A DNA stretch of 62,746 nucleotides, the filler included. It is 4 parts of 4 records of this genome, joined end to end, with 100 filler letters (N's around TTAATTAATTAA, not from the genome) between each part and the next. Parts side by side here need not be neighbours in the genome. Positions count along the whole stretch, not along the records: positions 56,114 to 62,746 come from SRR20825019_1778; 3 more parts are not named here. The stretch is one strand, 5' to 3'. Below the pieces are notes generated by a model. That model saw nothing but the letters and a program-made list of their open reading frames with translations. It ran no database searches and was not told the DNA's origin. The position numbers were made by a program, and so were the translations under genes. This document shows positions 59,200 to 62,746 of this stretch, piece by piece (positions within the stretch are counted from its first letter, which is position 1; each line of letters starts with the position of its first letter).

Positions 59200-61937
59200 T
59201 CAGTCTTCTGCTATGAGTGAGGTAGTGAGCATGGCTCCGAGTGTGCTGCGGGAGGGCCCGCGCCCGTCCCCGCGCAGGAACTGGAGGACCAGTGGATGCC
59301 GGCAGGTGGCATCACAGCCCAGGAGGGCAGCAAGGTAGTGCTTGAGTTCTTCACAGCGCCTGGAGCACACCTTGGATGAGGTGGGCCGGTACTTCTTCGG
59401 GGGCAGGACAGGCAGCGTCACCTCCTGCCCGCGGAAGGTCCGCCCAAGCTCCTGGTGGAGCGCGAGGAACTCCGAGTACCGCCGCTGGATGATGCTCACG
59501 CTGCCGTGCTCGCCGGCATTGCCCCACATGATCTCGAGGCTGTATCTGCGCCCCAAGCACTCAGTCAGCCCCGTCAGGACCCGCTACCCCGGATCCGCCA
59601 CCCACCTTGCGACTCTCTTGCCCTTTTCATCTTCGACGTCATAGTCCACGTAGTTGATGATGGCCACATCCCCCAGGGATGCCTCCACCATCTCCAGGCT
59701 TGCCCGCGCCGCCGCCAGCTGGGCCTGGCATCGCTTGAGCTTGTCTGACAGCTGCTCGATCATGTGGTTCTGCAGGGAGCCGGTCAATTACACATCCCGT
59801 CCCGGCCACCTTGACACTACCTCCTCGTCCTTCTGAATCAGCCGCGCAAGGCCCCCTGTCAGCTGGTGCACCGCAGCCTCCGCCCCGCCGTCGGTCAGTG
59901 TGGAGCGGCGGCTCGATGGGGTGGTGCCCGGAGGGAGGACGGCCGGGGACATGTCCGGAGAGAGCGTGGGTGTGTCGGGCGGGGCGGTTGAGCACACAGA
60001 CGCCCGGTGCTCGTCCGCCAGCCGCGGGACCACCTCGGGGCTGAGAGAGTAGCACACGGCAACGATGTTGCTGGCCATCATGTGGCCGACCAGTGATGTG
60101 GCCAGGGTGACCGGCCCCTTGGTGCGCTTCCGGTCCGCGCCCACAAGGCATTCACCGAGTGACACACGCTCGTTCTCGGCATAGAGGGCGACCGTCCTGT
60201 TAGTGTCCTCGCTCCGCAGCTGCGCGGCAATGTAAGTCAGGCGTGGTGAGGCCCGAGGCGTGCGGGGGAGGGTGGAGCACCTGCATGGGCATGGAGTGCG
60301 ACTCCTCACGAATGGACTTGGGCACCAGCCGCTCGAAGCCCTCATGCAGCGCCGGGCTGAGTGTCGCCGAACCTGCCCCGGAGAAGTTCGGTTAGCCCGC
60401 CCCAAGCCGCAATCACAGTCGTACCTAGGTAGAGCCGCTCCAGCGCGGTGTTCCCCCTTAGCACCCGGTCCACCACGGTGCCCACCGCGGGCGTCCCATC
60501 GTTGCCACTGAGATCGAGCACCTTCAGCGCGGGGCTGGCGGCGGCGGCCTCGCACAGAGCAATCATGCCCTCGTCTCCGATGCTGCCACGCGGGCCACAC
60601 GGCACTCAGTCAGCACGAGTCACATCGCAGGCAGTCGCGCTGTTACTCACAGGTTGTATGAAATGTTCAGCCCGGCGAGGGACGGGGCTGGGTCGCCTCC
60701 AAGGGCCGTCGCCAGCACCTTCGCCCCCGCAGTGCCGCACTCGTTGGAGCTGAGGTCGAGGGTGGTGAGAGCGGCATGCCCCAGCACATTGGCAAGCGAA
60801 CTGCAGCCCTTGGCTGTGACGCAGTTGTTCTTCAGACTGAGCTGCGAGAGGGCCCTGGCATTGTTCCGTCAGACACTTCACTCCGAACATCGCTGTCCCT
60901 CCTAACCTGTTCCCGCGAAGAGCGCGAGCGAGGGCAGAGACGCCCGCGTCCCTCATGTGGTTGTGGGTCAGATCGAGCCGGGTCACCGCCGAGTCACGGT
61001 TCGCCGCGAGCGCGGAGGCGACCTCCTGTGCACCGGGGATCCCCAAGGAATTGTGTGATAGGTCCACGGTGGCGAGGATGGAGTTATGCCGCAGCAGACC
61101 TGCCAGTGCAGCACCACCCTGAGATCCGACCTCATTCCGGGATACGTTCTGCGAGCTCGGTTAGCCAGTCACTGGAAGCGACGTGCCGGCCGTGGGCCAG
61201 CACCCGGATAGGGCATACCAGCGTGAGGAGGCCGGGATGGCTGGTGAGCGACTCTGCGAGGGCCTTCGCGCCTTGGTCACGAATGCTGTTGTCGGACACA
61301 TCCATGTGGACCACCGAGTAGTTCCCCAACATATACCCCGCCAGCACCTCCGCGCCCTCCGTGCCCAGGCCGGTCCCCTGGAGGGACAGCACGCGGACAT
61401 GGAAGCGGCTGCTCCTCATGGCCTCACACACCGCGGACATGTCCCGGGGAGTGAGGCATGCCTCCTTGCTCGGCAACCGCACCTAACCGCAGCTGCATTA
61501 GCGCGCTAACAGCCATTCTGCACTAGTCAGAAAGTGCTTTACCTCGCGGACGGTGCCAGCAGTGATTGCGTCCAGAAGGTCCTCCGTCGTCTCCAACAAG
61601 GTCACGCTCATGCGCGGGCCCGGCTGAAAGGAGTGTGCCGACGGTGCGCTGCCAGGGCCGGGGTTGACCCAACTGTTATTGGACGGCACGAGCGGCACGG
61701 AACCCGCCACGTGCGTTGTCATGGGACCTGACTGCAAATGAATGGGAACACCACGGCCCACTGGGGTGTCCTCTGTCTGCGGCACGTCGTGGGCCACCTC
61801 AGCGTCTACCATGGCACGCTCCTCCTTGGGCACTGATCCGTGAATCACCGCAGGGCTCTCGGGGTTTGAACCTGTGGACGACAGCACTCAGTCAGAACTC
61901 GAAGCACACGGCCTACAAGAGACTCACCTTCCATCAT
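59200..61937 (-). CDS. RI-type leucine-rich-repeat protein with coiled coil and C-terminal PX domain, multi-exon
   Basis: LSLQGTGLGTEGA, MDVSDNSIRDQGA, LDLTHNHMRDAG, LDLSGND; PX RRYSEFLALH...LPPKK...RCEELKHYL; first exon MME + GTGAGT donor. Confidence 0.75.
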
Positions 61938-62235
61938 AGTTAACGCAAATGCGCCAACCAGCACACTGCTTCGGACCTCGTTTCTATATGTCCTCACCCT
62001 GAGCGTACACTCCGGTTTTTAACTGTGTGAGGCCTGTGCGGAAGCGGGCAGCGCAAGCCAACTGACTGACCATCACAGCCTCAGGGCTCAGGCCCGCGGC
62101 CCGTCCAGTCCGGGCGGCGGCCGCCCGCCCCCCGCGCGCGAGGCGGCGCGGCCCCGTCCGTTCGGTCACGGTTAGGCCGGCCGCCGGGCGTGCCCCGCGG
62201 GCCCCCGGGAGTACGCCCGCGCGGCTGCGACGCCG

Positions 62236-62275
62236 GGTCCGAGACGCAGGTGCGGTCCGAGACGCAGGTGCGGTC
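62236..62275. repeat. 18-bp tandem repeat GGTCCGAGACGCAGGTGC x2 within a GC island
   Basis: Exact copies at 62236-62253 and 62254-62271. Confidence 0.85.
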
Positions 62276-62718
62276 GCGGCTGGCCGTGGCGGGCGCGGCC
62301 TGGGGCCGTGCCGGCCGCGGCGTGAACCCGGGACCCGTGCCAGGCGGGACCAGGCGGGGCCCGGCCTGGCCGGCGGTCGCGTCCGGGCACTCTTGGTCGC
62401 GTCGGGCGTCAGGGGGGGAGGGGGGAGGGTTACGGAGAACGGTTGTGGCGGCGCCACGTCTTCAGTTGCGCTGTGGTGAGAGAGTAACCTTATGGCGGAG
62501 TGGTTGAGCTGGTGGGTCCCCGAGCACGAAAGGGTTTATGACTACCGCGTATGATTTCTTCTTTTATTGTATTCATTCCAGGTAATCTACTTCTAGAATC
62601 GATAGTGCCACCTACCGGACAAAATTTCGGCTATATAGTTTTGTCGTTGAAGAGCAAACATCCAGCGATGCTCCGCAACAGGTACAAGTATAAGTGGACT
62701 CGAGCCTCAAGGTTACAT

Positions 62719-62746
62719 TGTGTGTGTGTGTGTGTGTGTGTGTGTG
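62719..62746. repeat. (TG)14 microsatellite at window end
   Basis: Direct reading. Confidence 0.95.

Noticed and set aside
62492-62718. Possible gene start on the + strand near 62538
   Set aside because: A plausible spliced reading exists, but it is too short and has no recognisable homology, so it is not listed as a feature.

Overview
The window is four unrelated contigs joined by artificial 100-nt linkers (N44-TTAATTAATTAA-N44 at 27106-27205, 44576-44675, 56014-56113). (1) 1-27105: alphaproteobacterial chromosome segment with the purH 3' end, nth, thrS-infC, an ECF sigma/anti-sigma module, LysR-yqjG-pirin, large NAD-glutamate dehydrogenase, an acyl-CoA ligase, slyX and a GST/peroxiredoxin/TetR cluster, ending in the 3' part of a tRNA (probably Gly). 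(2) 27206-44575: compact protist nuclear DNA with ~50-60 nt introns, strictly alternating gene orientation and GC-rich islands between head-to-head pairs. It carries an intronless, divergent ATP sulfurylase + APS reductase pair, both with mitochondrial-type presequences; TMEM184; PDCL3; a hevein/chitin deacetylase/FN3/GPS/TM surface protein; a PTP-fold phosphatase; MED4; an MPLKIP-like protein; and an H-type lectin protein. (3) 44676-56013: AT-rich Flavobacteriaceae segment (tRNA fragment, coaX to PPIase operon, mevalonate genes, atypical metallophosphoesterase, partial transporter). (4) 56114-62746: GC-rich protist DNA with an EF-hand gene convergent with an LRR-PX gene. Best novelty candidates: the putative mitochondrial sulfate activation/reduction pair and the GPS-tethered chitin deacetylase. 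All family calls come from motif recognition by eye; no searches were run. No CRISPR, prophage or transposase was seen.
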